This document shows, piece after piece, positions 12,701 to 27,148 of a DNA stretch of 64,000 nucleotides. Origin of the DNA: Macrostomum lignano (taxonomy: Eukaryota); NCBI GenBank assembly GCA_002269645.1, contig NIVC01000889.1, positions 248,001 to 312,000 on the forward strand, given 5' to 3'. Position 1 is the first letter of the stretch, and every line of letters begins with the position of its first letter. The position numbers were made by a program, and so were the translations under genes. The notes beneath the pieces are model-generated. The model was not told the origin of the DNA. It was given only the letters and a program-made list of their open reading frames with translations, and searched no databases.

Positions 12701-14302
12701 CCGGTCGAGACTGATCAGGATGTCCGAGGCGAGGACCCAGTCCTGCGCGGCGTGGGGCATGGAAGGGGACAGTTACTAAGTTAGATTGACACGTTTCTGA
12801 AGTATCTGAGGATAGCTGATGTCCTGAAGTATCTGGGCGTAGCTGAGGTCCTGAAGTATCTGAGGGTAGCTGAGGTCCTGAAGTGTCTAAGGGTAGCTGA
12901 GGTCCTGAAGTATCTGAGGGTAGCTGAGGTCCTGAAGTATCTGAGGGTAGCTGAAGTCCTAAAGTATCTGGGGTAGCTGGGGCCCTGAAGTATCTGACGG
13001 TAGCCGTGAAGCTGTATAAGTAGTTGATTGCATTCTTGAAGGACCAAGAGTGCAGTGGCCCAGCAATCAATTCAAGAACTCGATCCTTGCCTGCATTCTG
13101 TCGTCTTTCCAGAAGCCGTCCTTGTCATTGACATCCAGCCGGTCCATCAGGGACACGAACAGCACGTTTCCATCAGTGAGTGGCACCATGTCGGAGAAGT
13201 GTGACTTGCAGACGGGCTGGTACTTGTTGCCATCCGTGATTTGTTCGTCCGAGATCATTTTGTACTGGGCCTCACAATTGCGGCTGAAATAGGCCCACGG
13301 CTGCCAGGGCAGGTTGCGCTTCTTTCGCCGGTAGATAGCCATGCTGTGAGGCCTGGGCGAGTGGAACAGCAGTCGGATGTAGGTGACCTGCGTCTGGATG
13401 CCTGGGATGGAAGGGCAGTCAAAACTTGGATGAAAATTAGTTAATTAAAACATTGAAAACTGGCATTGTTTGTGATTGTGAATCATAAATAATTTTTCAA
13501 GTAAAACTAAAACATTCAGGAAAAAATATAGCAAAAAATTATATAAAAAACGGAATCGAAATTGGACTGATTGGGAAAACTTTAATGCACACATTTCAAT
13601 TTAGTGTTAGGTTTTAAATATTTTCGTAACAATACTAAAGTTCAAAATATAAAAAATATAACTTTTGTTTTTAAAGGAAATTATATCAATAAAGTTGAAA
13701 CTAAATAATCAGATTTTTTATACTTTTTATATCTTTAAAGTAAATAAAAAAAGTTTTTCTTGAAAAAGCAAGTAAAAACGACAATTTTTTCATAGATAAA
13801 TGGAAAAATTGATATTTTAGTATTTTCTACAGTAAATTTGGCAATCAATTTGCTCACCAAAGTCAATAGTAATATTGACATTAAATTTGCTGCTCCTTGT
13901 TGGAGTTTCATACAGAGTCTGACTTTGCCAGAATGTCTTCCACGGATTTTCTCTGTTGAAGTCGGTCAGAAACTTGGCGCTGTGAGATTTGTCCCGCTCG
14001 GCCTCGGAGCAATAGAAGCAGTACCGATCCTGAATGGAGGTCGCCTGAATTGACGTTTGAACGCAGAATCTTTCCCGACTTGTCATTCCGCACGTGTTCG
14101 AAGCGACTGGCTCTCTACCGTAAGCAAGATTCCAGAATTTTGTCAAGCACATTTTCGGCTTTCGATTTTTATAACACTCGGAGACATTTTCGTTGCTCCC
14201 GATCGGATCGCCAGGGGTACCGGAGGATTGGGCTCTGGCTGTGCTAATCAAGAAAATTACTAGAATAATTACAGCTAACAAATTTTGGCTAAGTTGCCAC
14301 AT
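737..14302 (-). CDS. LAMC1: Laminin subunit gamma (gamma-1/LanB2-like), complete 15-exon gene, ~1682 aa
   Basis: Exons read by eye (minus): 14302-13858, 13401-13091, 12742-12132, 10007-9632, 8741-8369, 7491-7255, 6341-6013, 5562-5101, 4872-4576, 4471-4199, 3538-3282, 3105-2844, 2661-2398, 1821-1563, 1029-737. Total 5049 nt, all phases compatible. Domains: signal peptide (MWQLSQNLLAVIILVIFLISTARA), LN domain ([53 protein letters not shown]), LE repeats, one L4 domain, more LE repeats including an NTDPN loop, then a long coiled coil with a short Cys-containing tail. The donor at 8369 is the least certain (alternative near 8360). Confidence 0.93.
1200..1469 (-). mobile_element. tRNA-derived SINE, copy 1 (last laminin intron)
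   Basis: Reverse complement of the copy at 61689-62000, with a degraded tRNA-like head, the central gtgtccttgagcaagacacttaac...cagctgtaaaatggg segment and the 3' cacatctggccc segment. Confidence 0.85.
2080..2310. repeat. Intronic minisatellite, 22-bp unit (gatcacagacacggatgtaact)
   Basis: About 10 tandem copies inside laminin intron 1822-2397. Confidence 0.92.
3585..4140. repeat. Intronic minisatellite, ~58-63-bp unit
   Basis: About 9 copies of gaaggactgaccataaaactgatagacccacctcacgccgcacggttaggaaagagggggtt inside laminin intron 3539-4198. Confidence 0.92.
5578..5950. repeat. Intronic minisatellite, 28-bp unit (ggggatcaatacaggtgatgaggagaat)
   Basis: About 13 copies filling laminin intron 5563-6012. 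Confidence 0.93.
6505..7250. repeat. Intronic minisatellite, 33-bp unit (cccacttcccaatcaaaagatcccatctcgagc)
   Basis: About 22 copies abutting the donor at 7254; produces the spurious EMGSFDWEVGL / SSPTSQSKDPI ORFs. Confidence 0.95.
7555..8236. repeat. Intronic minisatellite, 21-bp unit (ctctctgatctctctgtctgt)
   Basis: Fills laminin intron 7492-8368; produces the spurious REIRETD ORF. Confidence 0.95.
8808..9614 (+). repeat. Intronic minisatellite, 14-bp unit (tgtcactccaacac), with one ~250-bp higher-order duplication
   Basis: Fills laminin intron 8742-9631. The unique anchor atcggttaagctaaaatacac occurs at ~8790 and again at ~9041. Confidence 0.95.
10018..10580 (-). repeat. Same 14-bp minisatellite in inverted orientation (gtgttggagtgaca)
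   Basis: Reverse complement of the 8808-9614 unit; starts ~10 bp from the splice acceptor at 10008-10009. Confidence 0.95.
12790..13005. repeat. Intronic minisatellite, 27-bp unit (gctgaggtcctgaagtatctgagggta)
   Basis: About 7-8 copies in laminin intron 12743-13090. Confidence 0.9.
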
Positions 14303-15950
14303 GACTAAAAGTTAATTAAAATACCATACGATCAAAACGCAGAGTGCGAGAAGTTCATGTTCAACTGATTATCATTTAAAGTAGTGCGAAAGATTTGCGC
14401 GGACGTAGTAAAACAACACACTGGGAAAAACGGTGCGTGCTTTCAACTTTTCAATTGTTCAACCAAGTTATTGCATGCAAAAAGTTTACAAAAAAAGTTT
14501 AATACTTCTTAAAAATAATTAGCGGTAGTAGAAACGCACTGAAATTATTAGGAACCTGCATATGTACTAACTTGAAGCTAAAGTATCTGAGGGTCGCTGT
14601 GAAGCATCTGTCCAGAGATCCACTATCCAGAGACCACTTAAGCAAGGACCACTATGTCGTACATGCTGTTGTGTCTTGAGGGAAGCATTGGTTCTTTTCT
14701 TATAACTTTTTTAAAGGCTGTGGCTTTACGTAAAAATACACTTTCAATATATTATTTTCCATTATAAAGCAAAAAGACGTAACCATCAATACTTTGATTG
14801 TATGCAGATTGATCAAATATGACTTCTCGGTTTTAGTGTCAATCAACCGCTAATCTTTGCAAAAACAGGCAAGTCCTGTATTAATTACCTTCCAATAAAA
14901 CGATATCGCGGATTTAAGTGCGCATGACTTGTTGGCGCAAATGTACTGTCTGATTTCTTCGTCTGCATCATGCATGTACATCTACCGACTCGTGTATTTA
15001 CGATCGTATTATTTGACAACGTTTGGGTGCACTACTCCGTTTTCTATATTGTTTTGCAAATGCAAAACAACGCAAAAAACGTTAGTATTTAAACACTACT
15101 GATATAGTTTAAGCAATACATTACCAATGTCATTGGCCCCTGTTCGGTACTCTTCCGCTTGACTACTCCATCTTAACGAAAAAATGTCCATGCAATTTTT
15201 ATAAGTGTCCCCTGAAAACCGCATTATATTCGGAGTCGAGCTGCATAGCTCTTAAAGAATGTTTAGAAAAGAGCTTTGCACACAGACAAATCAAGACCAT
15301 AGACAACAAAATTTTCTCTATGGTAAACGTTTTCTGTACATCCCTGCTGCGCGCATTGGCACAGTAATAAGTATGACCTCGCATGTACATTTACATATTT
15401 TCTGGCACCCCAGGGAGCACGGCATGAAGCTTTCACGTTCTCTTGGTCATATGCAGTGAGTGCTCAAACATGCATAATAAATAATTGAACTAAATTTCAG
15501 TCCTCACTTTTTGAGAGCACGCGTACTTGTAAACATAAAAAGATAAAGGAACAGTAAACAGAAAGAAATTAACAAACGTGATGTGATATGCAAGATATGA
15601 TTTTGCATTTCCATGATATGCTCGTATAAGGATCCAAAAAATCTACATAGATTTGCTCAAGCTCAATTACTGCCATAGCGCACTGCTGCTATGCCACTGT
15701 ACAGTCATGCATTTGGTGTACTCTCCTGTGCAAAATGGCCAGTGTACACTGTTCCCTGCATGCACTCTCTCTCTACCCTTGCAGCCTGTACGCCTGCTTT
15801 AATTTCAAGGTACTAAAACTGATAGCATTTAAGCTGCAGTTATTAGAATTTATTCATTTATTTATTTATAAGGCTTATTGAACTGCGCCAGATTAACTTT
15901 ATAATCTTCAAAACCTTGTTCTGCATATCGAACACATTTGCCAGCAAAGT
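14303..15950. promoter_or_regulatory. Probable divergent promoter region between laminin gamma and the ankyrin-kinase gene
   Basis: Positional only: the two start codons point away from each other ~1.65 kb apart. No specific motif was identified. Confidence 0.35.
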
Positions 15951-18900
15951 ATGTTCTTTGATGACGGTAAGTAACATTGGAAAACTGCTTTTAATGGACT
16001 CAGACTCAATTTGGGTTGTCTTAAGATTATTAAAAATTTAGCGTACTAGGTAACGACATTTCTTGAGACTCGTCAAAGATTTCTCAAATCAAATGAGTCG
16101 CATCTTTTTTGCTGCGTTCTGATCTAGTTACAAGTTTCTTAGGGGAATTATTAGTTTCTCAAGGGAATTACGAGCTTCTCAATGGTATTACTAGCCTCTT
16201 AAGGGAATTACTAGTTTCTCAACGGACTTACTTAAGGGAATTACTAGTTTCTCAACGGACTTACTTAAGGGAATTACTAGTTTCTCAAGGGAATTACTAA
16301 AGCTTCTCAAAAGACTTACTAGTTTCTCAAGGGAATTACATGCTTCTGAAGGGAATTACGAGCTTCTCAAGGGAATTAATAGTTACTCATGGCTTTGCAA
16401 AACTCTTGCAAATGAAAGTTTTCAGGCAGGCTTAGAACCATCTAATTAAGATTTCACCTGTGGCACATGGACCTGTGTGATGATAACCAGATGGTTAATA
16501 AAGTTCAGTTAATTGTGAGAAAGTGGCAAGATTTGTAGCACAACGCAATCCATATACTAAAAATGGTCTGTCGGTAGGTAGGTATGTTGTGTGTGATCGA
16601 TTTCAGAAAAAATGGCTCAACTGATTTTCTTCAAACTTGGATTAGGATTAGTTTTTTTTACGTTTTTTTCGGTTTACTAATAGTAGTAGCGAACATTTTG
16701 CCAAAATTGACGGACATCTCATACCTGCAGAATCCAGCAGCGGTGCCAGCCTGTTTGCCCAGCTGCTGGCCGGCATGATGCAGCAGCAGCAGCGCCAGGA
16801 GCAGGGTCGCAACAATAAAATGTTGCTGTTCAAGGCCGCCATCGAGGGCAACGGGTCCATGTGCCAGCGGTTAGTCGCTTCCGGAGTTGACCCAGACGTA
16901 CAACACGAGAAAGGCCTGAGGCCGCTGCACCTGGCCGCGCACCAGGGCCACGAGAAAACTGTGGCGGCGCTGCTCGACGCTGGCGCCAACGCGGACGTCA
17001 CTGACGAAGACGGCGACACCCCGCTGATGGTGGCGATAATGCAGAAGGAGTGGCAGACAGCTCGACTGTTGATTGAACGAAACGCCGAACTGCGATTGAA
17101 GAACAATAACGGCTACACGGCAGCGGATTTGGCGTTGGCCAAGGGCAACCTCGGCCTTGTCAAGATGATGGAGCGCAAGAGGCCGGCGCTGCAGTTGAAC
17201 GGCCGAATGAACGGCTCACAGCTGCTGCAGGTGACAAAATGATTTTATTGAAAATGCACTGTACTAAAATATAAGGACGCTGGGCTTGAAAACGGTGTAT
17301 GGGGAGAGCATTGAACACAAGGCACGGCCAACCATATTCAACCAAAGCTGTGACGATTGTCTATGGCCAAAACCGTGATGGGGGCATTGAATTCAAGACA
17401 GCCAACCATATTCAACCAATGCTGTGACGATTGTCTATGGCCAAAACTGCGTATGGCGGGCATTGAATTCAAGACCTCGAGCAGTTGAATTCAGACTTTA
17501 AATTCAGAACCATTTGCAAAAATTGATAAAGGTAATTGACTGTTTTTCATGCTCATAAAGCGAACAAGTTAAAACTGCAACTGTAACTAAACTGTCAGCA
17601 GTCTCAAAGCAAAGAAAAAACCAGTACATTCCTTTTAGGCCAATGCATTTTAAAGCCACATTGGGCATTCAATTCAAGGTGTTACTTGAGACAAAACAGA
17701 CATTCTACAGTTGAGACATCTCGTGCTTTTAGGATCCCTGGGCTGAAAAATTGTGACTTATTTATCTTTCATCATTTCTTTCAATTGTTTGATACTATTG
17801 ACGGTCGCATTCGAAGAACAGTGCAATATGAGTGCAGAATTTGGTGGTGCATTTACCAGGCCGCCCAGGACGGAAACGACGACCTCATCGGGTTCTGGTT
17901 GGACCAAAACCCTGACCGGTCGGCGTGCAACGTTCAACTCAAAGACGGCCGAACCCTGGCGTTTGTGGCCGCCCTGAACGGTCACTTGGACATCATCGAG
18001 CGGCTGGAGCGATGCCGCGCCGACTACAACATCGCCGACAGCGAGGGCAACATTCCGCTGTTCTGCGCCGCCCAGAATGGCCACGACAAGATTCTGAAAA
18101 TCCTCATCAAACGAAGCCGGGTGAATCATCGCAACGAGAACAAGCGAACCGCTCTGTTCTCCGCCGTGCTAAACGGACGCGAGACGGCCATGAAGATGCT
18201 GCTAGACGCCGGAGCCGACACTGACGCGGCCGACTGTCAGGGCCTGACGCCGCTCGCCTGCTCCATTGTCAGCAACAACCCTGACCGGATTGTCCGTCTG
18301 TTGGCCAGTCGGACCAAAGACCTGAGCTTCGTGGACAAGAATGGCTACGGGTATGCTCATCTGGCCGTTATCTCCCAGCGCCTGCCTGTGCTCAAGACCC
18401 TGCGCAGTCACGGCATAATTCTCGACACGCCCAACACCGGCGACGGCGAGACGCCGCTGCTGGCAGCCTGCCAGGTTGGACCGCTGGAGACTGTTGAGTA
18501 CCTGCTGAAAGAGGGCTGCAACTCCGGGCATCAGAACAATCACGGCGTGAGTCCGGCTCTGCGGGCTGCCTACTGCAACCAGGAGGACATCCTGCGCCAT
18601 CTGGTCAATCACGGAGCTCCGTTGGATCTGAAAAACCGCAAGGGCGAGACGGCGATTCTGTGCGCGGCGGAGAAAAATAGCTTCTCTATGGTGCAGCTGC
18701 TGCACAGACGCGGCTGCAACCTCCGCGTGGCCGATCGCTCCGGCATGACGGTGGCTCACTACGCTGCCAAGCACGCCAACCACGAGCTGCTGGGCTACCT
18801 GGATCAAAACGGCGTCGCTCTGGACAAGCCGGACTCCGACGGCCAGACGCCGCTGATGATGGCCGCCGGCGCTGACGACATGAACTGCACAGTTGTGCGC

Positions 18901-21523
18901 CTGCTGGTCCGCGCCGGCGCCAACGTCGATGCGCGGAACAATAAAGGAAAGAATGCGGCTCAGATTGCCAACGGTCAGGGCAACCGGCACCTGGTGCACC
19001 TGCTGCAGTCGGGAGGCATCAGCGACCAGTAAGTTCTCGTATCATATGCTAGCTCCTGCCAAGGACTACTCAAGTAGAAGGACTGGAAACAACATTTCTT
19101 AGAAAATGTTTAGGAGGCTGGTTTTCGCCGAAAAATACACTATGGAGGCAGACCCAATGTTCTAAATGAAAAGCTTTATGAATATCCATAGAGCTATAAG
19201 AAAAGCACAACGTATCAAGAGATAAACATCGGGTCTGCCTCTTATCGAAAGCAATAACAATTTTAATATAAAAAAGCGAAAAGTTACTATATTCATGGTG
19301 TGTTTTTTCAGTGAAAACCAGCCTCCTAAACATTTTCTAAGAAACGTAGTTTCCCGTCCTTCTACTTGAGTACTCGTAGTCCTTGGCTCGTACATGTAAA
19401 GTAGAGGCAACTTGAGTCGAAAGGCGCAAAATCGTGAAAATCACAATGCAATTTTAAGTTTTGTAATCAATAAAGCCACTATATCTGTCCATAAGTACTT
19501 CCGAATTTACGCCTAATCCGAGGTTGAGTGGTAAAATTACCTTGTTGAGAATGATTAACTCTCGTTGACGCTCCTTCCAACAACACACAGGCCGAAGAAC
19601 CCGCCTCCGTCGTACCCGAAGCCTCCCAGGGAGTCGTCAACCCCGAGAGCTGAAATTGACGAAAACTTCGACACCTGGGACTTCTTCATCGAGGAGGGCG
19701 ACAAGAAGAAGCCAATCGGCAGCGGCGGCTTCGGCAAAGTCTACAAAGCCTTCACCGATCGGCACCAGTTCGTTGCCGTGAAGGTCATCAAACCCATGGG
19801 CAATATGGACAGCGCACAGCGGCGCCAGATCTTCCTGCAGGAGAAGCAGGCCATGGATTTGCTGCGTCACGTCCGCCACGAGAACATTGTTCGCTTCCTC
19901 AAAGCCGAGGAGAAGGATGGAAAGTTTTACATCTTTTCCGAGCTACTTTCTGGCTACACCATCCAGGAGATTATGTTTAAACAGAAGAAGCCAATTGACG
20001 AAGGCGGCATTAAGAGGTTCACTATTCAGGTTAGTAAATCAGTAGCAATTGCGCTTACAATAAGCTCAAATACCTTTCCGTTGTCTCTTTCTAGGCTCTA
20101 ATTAAATGAGCGTAGAATCTTTACTGCGTCTCGGGACTGATACCGAGATGTTTCGGGACTGATACCGAGATGTCTCGGGACTGATACCGAGCTGTTTCAG
20201 GACTGATACCGAGCTGTTTTGGGACTGATACCGAGCTGTTTCGGGACTGATACCGAGCTGTTTCGGGACTGATACCGAGATGTCTCGGGACTGATACCGA
20301 GATGTCTCGGGACTGATACCGAGCTGTTTCGGGACTGATACCGAGCTGTTTCGGGACTGATACCGAGCTGTCTCGGGACTGATACCGAGCTGTCTCGGGA
20401 CTGATACCGAGCTGTCTCGGGATTGATACCGAGATGTCTCGGGACTGATACCGAGATGTCTCGGGACTGATACCGAGCTGTCTCGGGACTGATACCGAGC
20501 TGTCTTGGAACTGATACTGAGATGTCTCTGGACTGATACCGAGATGTCTCGGGACTGATACTGAGATGTCTCTGGACTGATACCGAGATGTCTCGGGACT
20601 GATACTGAGATGTCTCGGGACTAAGACCGAGATGTCTCGGGACTAAGACCGAGATGTCTCGGGACTAAGACCGAGATGTCTCGGGACTAAGACCGAGATG
20701 TCTTGTGACTGATACCGAAATGTCTCGGGACCGATACCGATCTGTCTCGGAACTGATACCGAGACGTCTCGGGGCTGATATCGAGCTGTCTCGGGACCGA
20801 TGCCGAGATGTCTCGGGACCGATACGAGATGTCCCGTTGGTTCTATAGTCGACTGATCTGACCAGTTATTGACTGGTCTGATCAGTTATTGACTGGTATG
20901 AACAGTTATTGACTGATCTTACTGAGATTGAATAAGACAGAAACGTGGGACTTTCAATGATTCTAATACGCAGTGGAAATCTACTCAGAAGTTGCAAGTA
21001 AAGTTAACCTTCCTTTGACAGACAGGAGAATTATAACTATGCGCGTAAATTGCAGGTATGCCAAGCCTTGAGCCACCTGCACAGCCTCCCAAAGCCAATC
21101 ATCCATCGCGACATCAAGTCGTCAAACATCATGCTGACGAACCCGGGCATCGTCAAGCTGATTGACTTCGGTTTCGCTCGCGAGATCAGCAACTCGCAGA
21201 TGATGATGACTCGGACCCAGTGCGGCACCCCGTTCTTCATGGCGCCGGAGATACTCGCTCCGATGAACGAAGGCGTCGCCTACACGTCCAAGACGGACGT
21301 GTGGGCTCTTGGCTGCACAGTCTTCGAGATGGCCACAATGGAGCCGCCAAACTCGGAGATTCAGGCGCTATTTTTTCTGGGAATCGTCGTGTCCAGCAAG
21401 CCGATGCCAAAGATTCCGGGGGCGTCCGCTGAACTGCAGGATTTCTACCAGCTGTGCGTGGAACGCGAGCCCAGCAACCGTCCAGAGGCGTCTCGGCTGC
21501 TGCAGCACAAGTTTTTGAAGTGA
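15951..21523 (+). CDS. Ankyrin-repeat (about 15 repeats) plus C-terminal Ser/Thr protein kinase (STE11/MEKK- or NEK-like), ~863 aa
   Basis: Exons 15951-15966, 16731-17230, 17860-19028, 19591-20029, 21056-21523; 2592 nt, phases 1,0,2,0 all compatible. Ankyrin motifs include LHLAAHQG, TPLMVA, PLFCAAQNG, TPLLAACQVG. Kinase motifs are intact: GSGGFG, VAVK, HRDIKSSN, DFG, GTPFFMAPE, DVWALGC. The kinase ORF has no own ATG and its acceptor (cacag at 19590) needs a phase-2 donor, which CA|GTAAGT at 19028 supplies. The first micro-exon is less certain. Confidence 0.8.
16130..16390. repeat. Degenerate ~20/33-bp tandem repeat (gaattactagtttctcaagg)
   Basis: Direct reading; lies in intron 1 of the ankyrin-kinase gene. 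Confidence 0.75.
16549..16645 (+). mobile_element. Isolated 5' fragment of the non-autonomous Helitron family at 50-59 kb
   Basis: A|TCCATATACTAAAAATGGTCTGTCGGTAGGTAGG...GATTTCAGAAAAATGGCTCAACTGATTTTCTTCAAACTTG matches the 5' end of unit 2 (reverse complement of 55940-56037). No 3' hairpin or CTAG seen. Confidence 0.7.
20125..20835. repeat. Intronic minisatellite, 22-bp unit (gggactgataccgagatgtctc)
   Basis: About 32 copies in kinase intron 20030-21055. Confidence 0.95.
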
Positions 21524-22983
21524 AAAGCTTTCTTAGCTTGCTCGCTGGCTACTCCGAGGAGCTCTAAGCGGTTAAACGATGAACACGATCGTATGTTTAT
21601 GATTAACGTCTAAATTTTTATTATCCTTATCGTAAGCTTTCTTCTGTGTAATTTTTTATGTACAATTACCTCATTGCATCATGTCGGCCTTGTGAACTAT
21701 TTTTATTACCAGTCAGTTTGAAGTTAACTCTTTAAATTCAGGTAATTACTACGATCCAGCTTTCATCTGTGTTTAGGATTTCATTTCAATAGACTGCCAA
21801 GCGCACTCTCTCCTTGATAAACTCCGATCCTGCCTGCAGGGTCTGTAACTAGCCTGAAAGTGAGTAACCCAACCCAACCATGCCATCTCTAATATGGAAT
21901 ACGTTTTTTATTCAAATCCTCGGTGAAAGTTACATTTCTCTACAAGTATAGCTATTTAAACTGATCATCCATATGGATTGTAATATTGTCATTTTTACGT
22001 TAGAAAATTTTCTCATCAGCTATTTACCCCCCCCAGACTTGATAAATGGTTTCAAATTTGTCATTAGTTAATTCCAATTGTTTTAAAGTAAATTAAAGAC
22101 ATAAAAGACTCGCGAATCAAGACAAACAAAAACTATATACAGGAACCGATTTAAACGTTATGATTACTATTAATAAATGTTTGGCACCGTTTTAAAAAAA
22201 GATTTCGACATTTTAATCCCCTTCAAATTTATTAGCAAAATACGCGACACCGACTACTTAATGCTGAGTTAATTTATTGACTGTCAAAACTGATTGACCA
22301 TATTCCGATAGTATTGGGATATTAGAATGAAAATTTAGAACCTATTTACCAATTATAACTATTGATTCTGGCAGGTATGACAGCTCTGACTGACACAGTA
22401 TCGACCCGTGCATAATGCGCGCAATTAGCAGTCTGATATACCAGAATTTTGGGAGTAGAGAGGAATTATGAGAGGAAAGAGCGAGGACGTCAATCCGTAT
22501 AGCTGTTGGCTGCCTGCAGTGTACTTACTAACAGAGGGACAACCACCCAGCTAATTCACTTTTGGGTGCAAACGCGCAGGATAAGCGCCCACCAGGTGAG
22601 GGAGACAGAGATAGGGAGAGGCGTGAGGCCTGGAAGCGGAAGCCGGGGTGGTTTGGCCGGTGAATAAATTTGCTTCATTGGCTTTCGACATTGGCCAGAG
22701 GGGAGAGGGAGAATTTTCAGGAATTGGAAGATCGTTGCTTGGAGATTATCGATATTAGCTGCTGTTGCAGAGACAGAAGTTTTTTGGGACGGTCTGGAAA
22801 CGGCAGGGACTGGCTTAATCACTTATTCACAAAGGCCTGGCTGATTATAATTTTTGTGCACCAGTTGAGCTCAAAAAGCATTGACTGGGATAAAACCCGC
22901 CCCAGAGAGTCGGGGATTCCACTGTTAGGAGACGGACTACCTGGCACAGCTCTTGAACCGGTCTGGAGGCAATTAGGGTTGTC

Positions 22984-27148
<4,165 letters not shown>

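Noticed and set aside
17686-17859. N-terminal 58 codons of the 448-aa ankyrin ORF, and treating the ankyrin and kinase ORFs as separate genes
   Set aside because: This part is AT-rich intron-like sequence ending in a good acceptor at 17859; compatible splice phases join the ORFs.
20125-20835. CRISPR-like appearance of this and other regular arrays
   Set aside because: Units are contiguous with no unique spacers, there are no cas genes, and the context is eukaryotic introns.
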